From positions 1 through 59,158 of the IMG/VR virus record IMGVR_UViG_3300035683_000206: DNA of 59,158 bases, one strand, 5' to 3'. The notes under the pieces are model-generated. The model had not been told where the DNA came from, made no database searches, and saw nothing but the letters and a program-made list of their open reading frames with translations. Positions 37,695 to 46,277 of the stretch are shown here, piece by piece (position 1 is the stretch's first letter; every line of letters starts with the position of its first letter). The stretch is from a virus (lineage: Duplodnaviria; Caudoviricetes). The position numbers and the translations under genes are program-made.

Positions 37695-39619
37695 CGGACA
37701 TCCTGGTGCGCCACCGCATCGCCAACCGCGGTGGAGGCGGCCGCTACGACCTGGACGGAGCCGACAATCACCCCGCGACCGCGGCGACGGCCGCCGCCGC
37801 GCAGGCAGGGATCCTCGCGTGGTACACCGGGGCCGCCGGCGGCGGGATCCCCGACGGGGGCGGCGAGGGGGTGCTCCCTCCGGGCCGGCGCCGCATCACC
37901 GCCGACACCACCCTCCCCTACCACAGCCGCAAGGGGCTCACGATCCCCCCGGGCGGCGGCTTCTTCGTCGCCGCCGGCGCGACGCTCACCATCGAGTGCC
38001 CGATCCGCGCGGGGGCGTGGCGGATCTTCGAAGGCGCGGGCACCGTGGTGCTCGGCCGCCGCGCGGTGCGGAGCCTCCTGCCGGAGTGGTGGGGCGCCGT
38101 GGGAGACGGGGCGGCGGACGACACGCTCCCGCTGCGCGCCGCCCTCGCCGCGGCCGCCTCCATCCGCGGCCGGGTCGTGCTCTCGCCGGGCGCCACCTAC
38201 GTGGTCACCACCGCGCAGGTGCACCCGGGAACCACACTCGACGGCCGCGGGGCGAGGCTCCTCCGCCCGCCTGCGCAGCCCAACTACACCCGCACGCTGT
38301 ACGCGCTCTACGACGCCGCGGCCGACTCGGCGCCGATCACCATCCGGGACCTGGAGATCGACGGGCAGAGCCAGGCGCAGGGCGCCTACCGCGGCTACGA
38401 GCAGCAGCAGTCGCACCTGATCTACGTGCAGGGCGGGCCCGTGGCCGGCCCGGTGCAGGCCGGGCGCCTCCGGGTGCGCCTGCGCGGCGTGGTGCTTCGC
38501 GGGGGCGTCGCCGACGGGATCTCGCTGGTCAACAACGTGGACGCGGTGGTCAGCGACTGCGAGGCGCACGACTGCTGGCGTGGCGGCCTGGTGGTGACCG
38601 GGGGGCACACGCGCGTCCGCGCGACCTCGCTGCTCACCACCGGTGCGGTCGACCGCACCGGGATCGACTGGGAGGTGGACGTAGCCGGCTACGGCGGGAG
38701 CATGGCCACCGAGACGGTGTTGACGGGGGCGCAGCTGGACGGGGACTTCGACCTGACGCTGCGCGAGGGCTCCACCTGGGTCGGGAGCGGCATCGTGGCG
38801 GGGGACGGCTTCTACGTGGACGGGTACCGCTCGGTGGTACGGATCTCGGGGAGCACCTTCCGCGTGGGCGCCTTCGCCGACGATGCGCAGCGCATCGTCT
38901 ACCCGTCCGACATGGAGTTCACGGCCTGCACCTTCGTGCAGGCCGGCGTGGCGGCCGCGGGGCTGGTGCGGGGGGCGCCGATCCACGTCTTCTACAACGT
39001 CGCCGGCTCGGCCGAGGGCGGGCAGCGGCTCCGCCTCGTCGGCTGCCACCTGGAGACGGCCGTTGCGGCGCCGGCGGGCGGGCTGCTCGCGGGGATCCTC
39101 GTGGAGCCGGACGACCGCGCGCTCGGCAACCGCCTCGAGGTGATCGGCGGCAGCATCGCGGCGGGCTTCCAGCGCGCCCTGCACATGGCGCAGGGCGGCT
39201 GTGCGCGCTTCGTGGGGACACGCATCGAGAGCGCGATCGCGTTCCTGTGGAACGGGACGGCCGCAAGCCCGGTCACGCTGGAGGTGGAGTCCCCGAGTCT
39301 GGGCGAGGGGGTCACCACCTACATGTACATCGTCGCCTCCAACCCTGCCAACGTCCTCCGCCAGCGCGGCGTCGTGATGCGCGAGGCGCAGGCCGCCATC
39401 GGCACCACCAGCGGGTACGGCGGGACCTCGGTCGACGGCGAGCGAGTGATCCTCGCGGACGCCTCGCCCCAGGGGCGAGGGCAGCCGTTCAACGGGCTCG
39501 TCAGCGACCGGATGCGCCTCCGGGCGCCCATCGCCGGCGCCGGATACGCGTGGGTAGCCACGGGCTTCGACGGCGGCGGCAACACGGTCTGGAAGGAAGT
39601 GGAGCGCCTCGCGCTGTAA
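37691..39619 (+). CDS. Tail spike / depolymerase (pectate-lyase-like beta-helix)
   Basis: PEWWGAVGDGAADDT motif, IRDLEIDG, DGISL, GIDWE. Confidence 0.82.
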   Translation: MTDILVRHRIANRGGGGRYDLDGADNHPATAATAAAAQAGILAWYTGAAGGGIPDGGGEGVLPPGRRRITADTTLPYHSRKGLTIPPGGGFFVAAGATLTIECPIRAGAWRIFEGAGTVVLGRRAVRSLLPEWWGAVGDGAADDTLPLRAALAAAASIRGRVVLSPGATYVVTTAQVHPGTTLDGRGARLLRPPAQPNYTRTLYALYDAAADSAPITIRDLEIDGQSQAQGAYRGYEQQQSHLIYVQGGPVAGPVQAGRLRVRLRGVVLRGGVADGISLVNNVDAVVSDCEAHDCWRGGLVVTGGHTRVRATSLLTTGAVDRTGIDWEVDVAGYGGSMATETVLTGAQLDGDFDLTLREGSTWVGSGIVAGDGFYVDGYRSVVRISGSTFRVGAFADDAQRIVYPSDMEFTACTFVQAGVAAAGLVRGAPIHVFYNVAGSAEGGQRLRLVGCHLETAVAAPAGGLLAGILVEPDDRALGNRLEVIGGSIAAGFQRALHMAQGGCARFVGTRIESAIAFLWNGTAASPVTLEVESPSLGEGVTTYMYIVASNPANVLRQRGVVMREAQAAIGTTSGYGGTSVDGERVILADASPQGRGQPFNGLVSDRMRLRAPIAGAGYAWVATGFDGGGNTVWKEVERLAL

Positions 39620-39683
39620 CCGCGGCCGCCCCCGCCGCTGATCCCGCTCCCCGGCCGGGGAACATCCACCACTCGACGACTCG

Positions 39684-39728
39684 ACGGCCAGACGGCCCAC
39701 ACCCCACGCCGGGGTGCGGGCCTTTTTC
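39684..39728 (+). terminator. Leader hairpin plus T-tract (repeat family 2)
   Basis: ACGGCCAGACGGCCCACACCCCACGCCGGGGTGCGGGCCTTTTT. Confidence 0.65.
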
Positions 39729-39753
39729 TCTTACCCCACACCGACACCGAACC

Positions 39754-40143
39754 GTGACCGACCGAACGAAACTGTGGCTGGAGGGCTTCTCCACCACCCA
39801 GAAGATGATGATGGTGGTCGCGGGTGCGCTGATCGCCGCCTTCAGCGCGGGCGCCGGGGTGACCACGGCGGCCGCCCGCGTGACCGTAATTCCCGACCAG
39901 GTGCGGCGCCACGAGCAGCAGCTCCAGGACCTCGCGGCCGTCCCGGGCGCCATCGACACCCTGCGTGCCGAGCAGGCCCGGATCCGCGCGCACCTGGCGC
40001 GCACCGACTCGGCCGTCGCCGCCCACGACCGGTACATCCTGTTCCTCGCGTGCCGCGAGCGCCGCGCCGACAGGCAGCTGAGCCTGGAGTACTGCGAAGC
40101 CTTCATCTCGCCCGCAGACTTCGTCTCGCCGCTCGGCCGATGA
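39754..40143 (+). CDS. Membrane-anchored coiled-coil protein (holin/spanin-like?)
   Basis: One TM segment, coiled coil, two C-terminal Cys; lysis-cassette position. Confidence 0.55.
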   Translation: MTDRTKLWLEGFSTTQKMMMVVAGALIAAFSAGAGVTTAAARVTVIPDQVRRHEQQLQDLAAVPGAIDTLRAEQARIRAHLARTDSAVAAHDRYILFLACRERRADRQLSLEYCEAFISPADFVSPLGR

Positions 40144-40721
40144 GCACGCGAGCGCTGCTCGAACAGCTCCGGGCGCACGATCCCGGGTCCGCCCAGCACA
40201 GCGAGCGCGTCGTCCCCTACGCGGTCGCGCTCGGCGCCGAGGTCGGAGGGATCCCGCTCCGCCAGCTCTGGACGGCCGCCCTGCTCCACGATGTCGGCAA
40301 GGTCGCGGTCCCTACGGCCATCCTCAACAAGCCCGGCCGCCTTTCGCGTGAGGAGCGCGAGCTCGTCGCGCGTCACCCCGCCGCCGGCGAGCGCATGCTA
40401 CGCCGCATCACGACAGATCCGGTCGTTCTCGCCGGCGCGCGCAGCCACCACGAGCGGTGGGACGGCGGCGGCTATCCCGACGGCCTCAACGGCGCCGAGA
40501 TCCCCCTCGTGGCGCGGGTGCTCGCCGTGGCGGACACGGTCGACGCCATGGGGGCCGCGCGGCCGTACCGCCCGGCGCTCCCGTGGGACGCGATCGAGGC
40601 CGAGCTGCTCCGGTGCAGCGGCACCCAGTTCGATCCGGCCGTGGTCGCTGCCCTCCAGCGCACCCGCGACGTCCTTGCCGAGCTCCACGCCACGCGCCCG
40701 CCCATGGCCACCGCCGCGTGA
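40140..40721 (+). CDS. HD-GYP cyclic dinucleotide phosphodiesterase (stand-alone)
   Basis: HSERV, LLHDVGK, HHERWDGGGYPDGL, ARVLAVADTVDAM, RPYR, GTQFDP. Confidence 0.95.
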   Translation: MSTRALLEQLRAHDPGSAQHSERVVPYAVALGAEVGGIPLRQLWTAALLHDVGKVAVPTAILNKPGRLSREERELVARHPAAGERMLRRITTDPVVLAGARSHHERWDGGGYPDGLNGAEIPLVARVLAVADTVDAMGAARPYRPALPWDAIEAELLRCSGTQFDPAVVAALQRTRDVLAELHATRPPMATAA

Positions 40722-40776
40722 GCCGCCCGCCCCCCTCGTGCTCCTTCTTCACACCCTCCTGACCAGGACCGTACAG

Positions 40777-41199
40777 ATGGCCGTTACCCTCACCACCCCG
40801 CTCCGCAACCGCCTCGCCGACCAGCTCCAGGCCGCCTTCGGTGGCGGCGTGCTGGAGATCCGCTCCGGTGCGCGGCCGGCCGCCGCCGGCGACGCCCCGG
40901 CCGGAACGCTGCTGGCCTCGATCAACCTGCCCGCCCAGGCGTTCGCCGCGGGCGCGGGCGGGCAGGTCGCCAAGGCCGGCGTGTGGCAGGACCTCGCGGC
41001 CGATGCGGCCGGAGTCGCAACGTGGGCTCGCTTCCGCAAGGCGGGCGACGCGGGGACCACCAACGCCGTGGACGAGCGCCTCGACGTGTCGGTCGGGATG
41101 GCCGGCTCGGGCGCCGACCTGATCCTCGACAACACCAACGTGGCGCCGGGACAGGCCGTCACGATCAACACCTTCACCTTCACCATGCCTGCCCAGTAG
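40777..41199 (+). CDS. Putative virion structural protein
   Basis: RN...D, LEIRSG..P, GTLLA, A.AAG.ATWARF, DL.LDNTN; common phage family. Confidence 0.7.
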   Translation: MAVTLTTPLRNRLADQLQAAFGGGVLEIRSGARPAAAGDAPAGTLLASINLPAQAFAAGAGGQVAKAGVWQDLAADAAGVATWARFRKAGDAGTTNAVDERLDVSVGMAGSGADLILDNTNVAPGQAVTINTFTFTMPAQ

Positions 41200-41229
41200 C
41201 CATCCCGCGCACCCCCGCCGAGGGCTCCT

Positions 41230-42633
41230 GTGGACCTTCGCCTGAACTTCCGTTCGACGCTCGCCCACGCCGCCGACGGCGCGGGCGAGACGGCGTATTT
41301 CGGAGCCGCCTACGCAGCCCCCCCGGGCTTCGGCTGGACCGGCGGACAGGACGGGGTGCGCGATCGCACCACCAGCACCACCGACGCGCGCCTGCGCGGC
41401 CACCACCAGGCGTTCAACGACGGAACCACGCATGACCTGAGAATCGACGTGCCGGCACCCGGCACCTACGAGGTCCGCGCCGCGTTCGGCGATGCGCAGT
41501 TCAACATGGGTGCGCTCCGGGCCGAGTTCCGCGACGGCGCCGCCTCGCTGCTCGTGGTGACGTACGGGGCCACGGGAACCGGCAACTTCGTGGACGCCAC
41601 CGGCGTCGAGCGCACGCCGGCGGGCTGGATCTCCAGCAACGAACCGGTGCGCCTGACCCTGACCGGAACGGTGCTCACGCTGCGGCTCGGAACGCTGGCC
41701 GCCGCCGCGGACTCCTCCAAGGTCGCCCACCTGCACGTTGTCCAGGTGGACACACCCCGTACGGGGGATGGGGCCGCGGGCCTTCCTCCTGGATCGGCGG
41801 CTGGCATCGGTGTGGTGACCGTGCAGGGCGCCGGCGACACCTCCCTGCTTCTCGTGCAGGCGGCCGGCTCTATGGACACGCCCCCGGCTTCGGGGGACGG
41901 CGCGGCCGCGCTCCCGCAGCTGGCGGCAGTCGGGAGTGCGGCAACCGGCATCGAGGGCACCGGGACGGCCGCCCTGGGGCCTCCGACCTGCCTCGGATCC
42001 GCAGCCGTTGGGCTCGCCGCCGCCGGGTCCGCATCCCTCCCCGCAGCCGGCGGGGGCGGCGCGGCCGGACTCTCCGTCGGCGGCGAGGGCATCGCGGTGG
42101 TGCCTGGCCTCCAGCCCGTGGGTGCCGGAGCGCTTCAGATCCAGGGTGCCGGGGGAGGCGCAATGCCTTCCCCGGCGGCCGCGGGAACCGCCGGCACGGC
42201 CACAAGCGGCGGCAGCGGCGCGGCCACGCTCCCCGCCATGGTCTCGGCCGGTGTCGGCGCGCTGCCCTCGGCGGGCGCTGGGGCCACGTCGCTCCCCAAC
42301 CTGGAAGGAACCGCGGAAGGCGCTGCGCCGATGCACGGGTCGGGCGCTGCCGCTCTGATCCAGCTCCAACCCGCCGCCTTCGGCGCGGCGCGCCTCCAGG
42401 GCGACGGCCACGCGACTCCGCCCCCCGTCGCGGCGGCGGCTGGCGGACGAGTCGCCCTTGGGGGGATGGGGGAAGCCGCCCTGCCTGCTCTGGCCGCAGC
42501 TGGGGCGGGCGCCGCCGACGCTGCAGCACCCCCCGTCCTGATCGCCCAGCTGTTCGTCTCCCCGATTCTCACCGCGCGCTTCGGCGCGACTCCCCCCCTC
42601 ACGGCCGCGCTCGCGGTCGCCCGTCCCCCGTGA
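41230..42633 (+). CDS. Gly/Ala-rich repeat fibre-like protein with N-terminal carbohydrate-binding-like domain
   Basis: N-terminal beta-sandwich-like region (GFGW, VPAPGTYEV..FGD); repeats of about 22 aa, G.GAA.LP. Confidence 0.6.
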   Translation: MDLRLNFRSTLAHAADGAGETAYFGAAYAAPPGFGWTGGQDGVRDRTTSTTDARLRGHHQAFNDGTTHDLRIDVPAPGTYEVRAAFGDAQFNMGALRAEFRDGAASLLVVTYGATGTGNFVDATGVERTPAGWISSNEPVRLTLTGTVLTLRLGTLAAAADSSKVAHLHVVQVDTPRTGDGAAGLPPGSAAGIGVVTVQGAGDTSLLLVQAAGSMDTPPASGDGAAALPQLAAVGSAATGIEGTGTAALGPPTCLGSAAVGLAAAGSASLPAAGGGGAAGLSVGGEGIAVVPGLQPVGAGALQIQGAGGGAMPSPAAAGTAGTATSGGSGAATLPAMVSAGVGALPSAGAGATSLPNLEGTAEGAAPMHGSGAAALIQLQPAAFGAARLQGDGHATPPPVAAAAGGRVALGGMGEAALPALAAAGAGAADAAAPPVLIAQLFVSPILTARFGATPPLTAALAVARPP

Positions 42634-42636
42634 ACC

Positions 42637-42957
42637 ATGCTCCTCCAGTTCAGCAGCAACCAGGTCCGCGTCCGCGCCGTCCGCGTCGCGGGTGAAGCGG
42701 ACCCCATCGAGGACGCGGAGGTCCTCGTGACCGTCGCCGATCCCGTGGGCCTACCCGCTCCCGGCGTGTGGCCGGTCGCGGCCGAGCCGGTCTCCGGCGT
42801 CCCAGGCGACTACGTCGCCGACCTTCCGGTCGAGCTCGCTTCCACTCGGTACCGGGAGTGGATCATCTCCGCCATCGTCTCCGCCCGCGGGCAGACGCTG
42901 TACCTGGAGAGCCGCGAGCTGGTGGTGACGGCAGGCCGCGACGTGGTGCTCGGATGA
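42637..42957 (+). CDS. Hypothetical Ig-like protein
   Basis: Beta-rich; DAEVLVTV, GDYVA. Confidence 0.6.
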   Translation: MLLQFSSNQVRVRAVRVAGEADPIEDAEVLVTVADPVGLPAPGVWPVAAEPVSGVPGDYVADLPVELASTRYREWIISAIVSARGQTLYLESRELVVTAGRDVVLG

Positions 42958-43532
42958 CGCTGCCCCGCTACCTGTATACGGTCGACCCCGGGCTCGACGA
43001 GCTGGTGGTGGTCGTCTGGGACCTGGTGCTCTACCGCGACCTGGTCGGCCGCTGCCTCACTAACGTCCCCCACCCGCGGCTGATGACGGCGCAGGTGGAA
43101 GTGCTGCGGGTGAAGACCCCCAGCGAGGACCGGCCGGCCGCGCGCGCGGAGGCGTTCGGCCCGCCGCTCCGCGCGCTCATCGAGCGGCGGCCGCCGTGCC
43201 GCGTGGTGCTGGAGACGCCGGCGAACCTGGTGCCCTACGGGGGCCACACCGGCAAGGCGGTAGCCGAGCTGGCGCTGTCGATCGGAGTTGTGATCGGCGT
43301 CCTGGAGGGGCGGGGGATCCCGTGGGAGGCGATGCTCCCGGACCGGAAGCCGAGTCACTCGGCAGCGAAGAACGTCAAGGAGTGGCGCCGCGGCGAGGTG
43401 CACCACCTCTGCTCGCTGGCCGGGGTTCGGCTGGAGCGAAGCTTCGACGTCACCGACGCGCAGTGGATCGGGGTGCGGGTCCTATCGGCCGAGGGGCCGC
43501 GCCTCCACCGCTGGAGCCTGCCGGCCGAGTAG
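42954..43532 (+). CDS. RuvC-like Holliday junction resolvase
   Basis: YTVDPG, VVLETP, DVTDAQWIG match the RNase H-fold D/E/D..D pattern. Confidence 0.7.
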   Translation: MTLPRYLYTVDPGLDELVVVVWDLVLYRDLVGRCLTNVPHPRLMTAQVEVLRVKTPSEDRPAARAEAFGPPLRALIERRPPCRVVLETPANLVPYGGHTGKAVAELALSIGVVIGVLEGRGIPWEAMLPDRKPSHSAAKNVKEWRRGEVHHLCSLAGVRLERSFDVTDAQWIGVRVLSAEGPRLHRWSLPAE

Positions 43533-43536
43533 CGGC

Positions 43537-43594
43537 TGCTGTAGCCGAAGAGGGGGGCGAGCTCACGAGCTCGCCCCCCTCTTCGGCTACAGCA
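43537..43594. repeat. 28-bp perfect inverted repeat at the late/immunity convergence point
   Basis: TGCTGTAGCCGAAGAGGGGGGCGAGCTC-AC-GAGCTCGCCCCCCTCTTCGGCTACAGCA. Confidence 0.85.
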
Positions 43595-43799
43595 TGCGTC
43601 GGCCCTGCTTCTCGTAGCGCCGCAGGAGGCGCCCCATCCGGATCTCCGTGCGCACCGCCGCCTGCACCTCCCTTGAGTCGTAGTAGACCGCCAGGCACTT
43701 CCAGCACCGCCAGTAGGCGGTCAGTCTGCCGAGCCAGTGCCGGTGCCAAGACCCCGTGCAGTTGGGATCGTTGTGGCTAAGGCTTAGCGCTTCTTGCAC
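43587..43799 (-). CDS. Small Zn-binding hypothetical protein
   Basis: H...C and CWKC; starts 3 bp after the upstream stop. Confidence 0.5.
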   Translation of the reverse strand: MQEALSLSHNDPNCTGSWHRHWLGRLTAYWRCWKCLAVYYDSREVQAAVRTEIRMGRLLRRYEKQGRRML

Positions 43800-43802
43800 C
43801 GG

Positions 43803-44459
43803 TCACCACCCGAAGTCCACACCTACGTCGAACTGGACGAAATCTTCGCCGGCACTTCCCTTGACGAACAGCGACCCACGGCGGGATCCGTTCGTAGCCC
43901 AGACGGCCGTGCCGTAGGGGCGAGCGCCCCCGCCGAAGCGGACGCCGGGCCCGAGCGCCAGCCGACCCTGAAGGATGCGGAGGAGACCCTCCGCGCGAAG
44001 CGCCCAATCGAGATCGCCCGCGCAGTATGCGTCTGGAGCGAACTGGCCTGTGGCCGAGTCCCGACAGCGGCTGGTGCCGTTGCCGAGGTCGTCCCGGTAG
44101 TACCGGGTATCGCCCTCGTTCGGAACCACGATCATGTCGCCTGCCCCGGCGAGCCTCCAGTATGACCCTTGCTTTCCAGCGCTCAGGGTGAAAGGGATCC
44201 CCCCATCAGGTCTAGCGACGTACCCCATCGAGAACGCCCCATACCCTCCCCCTGCTCCCCCTTGTGCCGCAGCGGGCGCGACGGCGAGGAGCCCCATGGC
44301 AGCTGCCACCGCGATATGCCGCACAAAGGCCGCGCGGGTGCTCCCCGCGGCGCCGAGGCCGCGATTACCGCTGCCCAGCGTGCCGCCGCTCCGCCGAGCC
44401 CCGCCGTCACGCCGCGCCGCCACAAGATCGGTAGCGTATCCCTGTCGCGAAGTGCTCAT
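43803..44459 (-). CDS. Exported outer-membrane beta-barrel-like protein (start uncertain)
   Basis: Signal peptide ...APAAAQ; amphipathic strands; aromatic C-terminus FDVGVDFGW. Confidence 0.6.
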   Translation of the reverse strand: MSTSRQGYATDLVAARRDGGARRSGGTLGSGNRGLGAAGSTRAAFVRHIAVAAAMGLLAVAPAAAQGGAGGGYGAFSMGYVARPDGGIPFTLSAGKQGSYWRLAGAGDMIVVPNEGDTRYYRDDLGNGTSRCRDSATGQFAPDAYCAGDLDWALRAEGLLRILQGRLALGPGVRFGGGARPYGTAVWATNGSRRGSLFVKGSAGEDFVQFDVGVDFGW

Positions 44460-44584
44460 ACGTTCGATTAGTGGTCAACAGATTGGCGCGGTGAGACGCT
44501 AGGCGGCGTCTTTGGGTGCCGCTACTTTGGTGCCCATGGTGGACACTGTCCTTCCCCTACGCACCCCTCCCAGGAGAAAATCCC

Positions 44585-44821
44585 ATGCAGAAACTGCGCA
44601 GCCTCGTAGCCCTGGCGGCCGTTCTGGCGGCCAGCGCATTCGGTGTCGCCTGCACGGACCAGCACGAACCCCTGTCGCCAGGTCCCGCTCGAAGGGCGCT
44701 GGTCACAGACTCCACAACTATCCAGAAGCCGTCGCCGACGTCCGGCGCCACAACTGAATGCGTCTGCCGCGATGGGGGAGGGGTCGTCAGTTCTGGGAAT
44801 AAAGACTGCCCCTGCTCCTGA
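44585..44821 (+). CDS. Small lipoprotein / candidate signalling propeptide 2 (78 aa)
   Basis: AGGAG RBS; MQKLRSLVALAAVLAASAFGVAC lipobox; C-terminal CVCRDGGGVVSSGNKDCPCS. Confidence 0.8.
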   Translation: MQKLRSLVALAAVLAASAFGVACTDQHEPLSPGPARRALVTDSTTIQKPSPTSGATTECVCRDGGGVVSSGNKDCPCS

Positions 44822-44826
44822 TCGGC

Positions 44827-44857
44827 GCGAAGGGGAGGGCTCAGCCCTCCCCTTCGC
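44827..44857. terminator. Hairpin between the convergent peptide and TPR genes
   Basis: GCGAAGGGGAGGGC-TCA-GCCCTCCCCTTCGC. Confidence 0.6.
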
Positions 44858-46277
44858 TGTTCTGCAGGGAGCGAAGTGCCTGCACGAGCTCCTCACAGAC
44901 GGCCTGATCAAGCGAGTGGGTGACTGAGTCGCCAGATCCCCGCCCGTGCTCAACCGCACCCGGTAACTGCGCGCGAGCCAGCAGCTCCTCCGACTGGGTA
45001 GCGTAGCCGTCCTGGCTCAGCTCGCGGGCAAGGTGGAGGGCCGCGCGGCCGGCCGCGCCCGCACGTGCGGAGTCCCCCACCAGCAGTGCGGCCTCTGCGA
45101 GGTCTAGCAGTGCGGGCGCGGCCCGGCCCCGGAATGATGCACGGGTGACCGCTGCCCACGCCTCCCCCCACAGGCCCCGGAAGATGCCCTGGTCGTCACA
45201 ACCTGCCGCCGCCCGGACGGTAGCACAGAGCAGCAGCGTCCACGACTCAGGGTCGGACTGTGCGGCGGGAAGCTTGAGCAGTGCGCCGAAAACCGGGAGC
45301 GCCTCGTGAAACTGGCCGCGGTCTGACCAGTGATAGGCGATGTTTTGTGAAAGGCGTATCAGCCGTGGGTTGGCATCGCCGTATGCTCTCCGTGCTCGGC
45401 GCGCATACTCGAGGACGTCATCGTGACGGTTCTGCACTACCGCCAAAGCGCTCAGGTCGTGGCAGGCCATCCCCTCGAGTTCGCTCAACCCGCGCTCGCG
45501 GGCATGGTCCTCCGCATCTCGGAAGCAGTCACGAGCTCTCGTGTACTGCTCGCGCTGCAGGTGCACCCACCCCATCCCCAGCTTAGCACGCACCAGAGCT
45601 TGCTCCTCGCCGACTCTGCGAGCGAGCTCCCGCGCCCGAGCATACCACGCCTCCGCCCGGTCGAATCGCCCAGCCTCTCGCGCGCTCCGCGCAACAGTCA
45701 AGGCTAGAGCGGTACCTGAGACTTCTAGGTCTGCAACCTCGGCGCCGGCCCGCTCGCTTTCTCCATCGGTCAGGCCGAGGAGGACAGCCTTGACCTCCCG
45801 GAGGAGCTCGGGAAACCATCGAAGTACCCAATCATCCCCAACCTCTTCCAGTGCCTTCGCGACGTGTACCACCCATTCCTCTCCGCGCTCAGTCCAATCG
45901 GCGCGGTTGAACACACCGACGAGAGCAAAGGTGATGCAGATCGCCTTGAATGCGCCTGGGGGAACTTTATAGGCGTTCTCACTAAGGTTTATTTCAGCGA
46001 CCGCCTCCATTGTCATCAGCCGGAGGGCATAGACGCTCAGGTGCGGGCGCAGCCGGAGAATAGATCGGCAGCCGGCTGGCTTCGGCACGAGCAGAGCGAG
46101 CCGGCCGGGGGGGAGGTTCTTGTCCTGTTTGACCGTCAAGCCAAAAGCATCCTGAATCGCATGCCGGGCATCGGCCGTCAACCGGTCTAGGCCATACCGC
46201 GGCCAAATGCCCTGAACAGTGTCAACGAGACGAAGAACTTGATGGCTGAGAATCGCGGTCTCGGGCTGCACTTGCAT
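44841..46277 (-). CDS. TPR protein 2 with N-terminal degenerate ImmA/IrrE-like domain
   Basis: Clear TPRs (AEAWYARA, ARDCFRDA, GMACHDL); N-terminal FGLTV...ILRLRPHLS....RLMTMEAVAE; overlaps the repressor 3' end. Confidence 0.78.
   Translation of the reverse strand: MQVQPETAILSHQVLRLVDTVQGIWPRYGLDRLTADARHAIQDAFGLTVKQDKNLPPGRLALLVPKPAGCRSILRLRPHLSVYALRLMTMEAVAEINLSENAYKVPPGAFKAICITFALVGVFNRADWTERGEEWVVHVAKALEEVGDDWVLRWFPELLREVKAVLLGLTDGESERAGAEVADLEVSGTALALTVARSAREAGRFDRAEAWYARARELARRVGEEQALVRAKLGMGWVHLQREQYTRARDCFRDAEDHARERGLSELEGMACHDLSALAVVQNRHDDVLEYARRARRAYGDANPRLIRLSQNIAYHWSDRGQFHEALPVFGALLKLPAAQSDPESWTLLLCATVRAAAGCDDQGIFRGLWGEAWAAVTRASFRGRAAPALLDLAEAALLVGDSARAGAAGRAALHLARELSQDGYATQSEELLARAQLPGAVEHGRGSGDSVTHSLDQAVCEELVQALRSLQNSEGEG

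Noticed and set aside
42954-43532. TnpB/Cas12-like RuvC
   Set aside because: Only 192 aa with no Zn finger or REC/WED region; fits a stand-alone resolvase
43537-43594. Protelomerase (tel) site
   Set aside because: No protelomerase gene; the phage encodes an integrase
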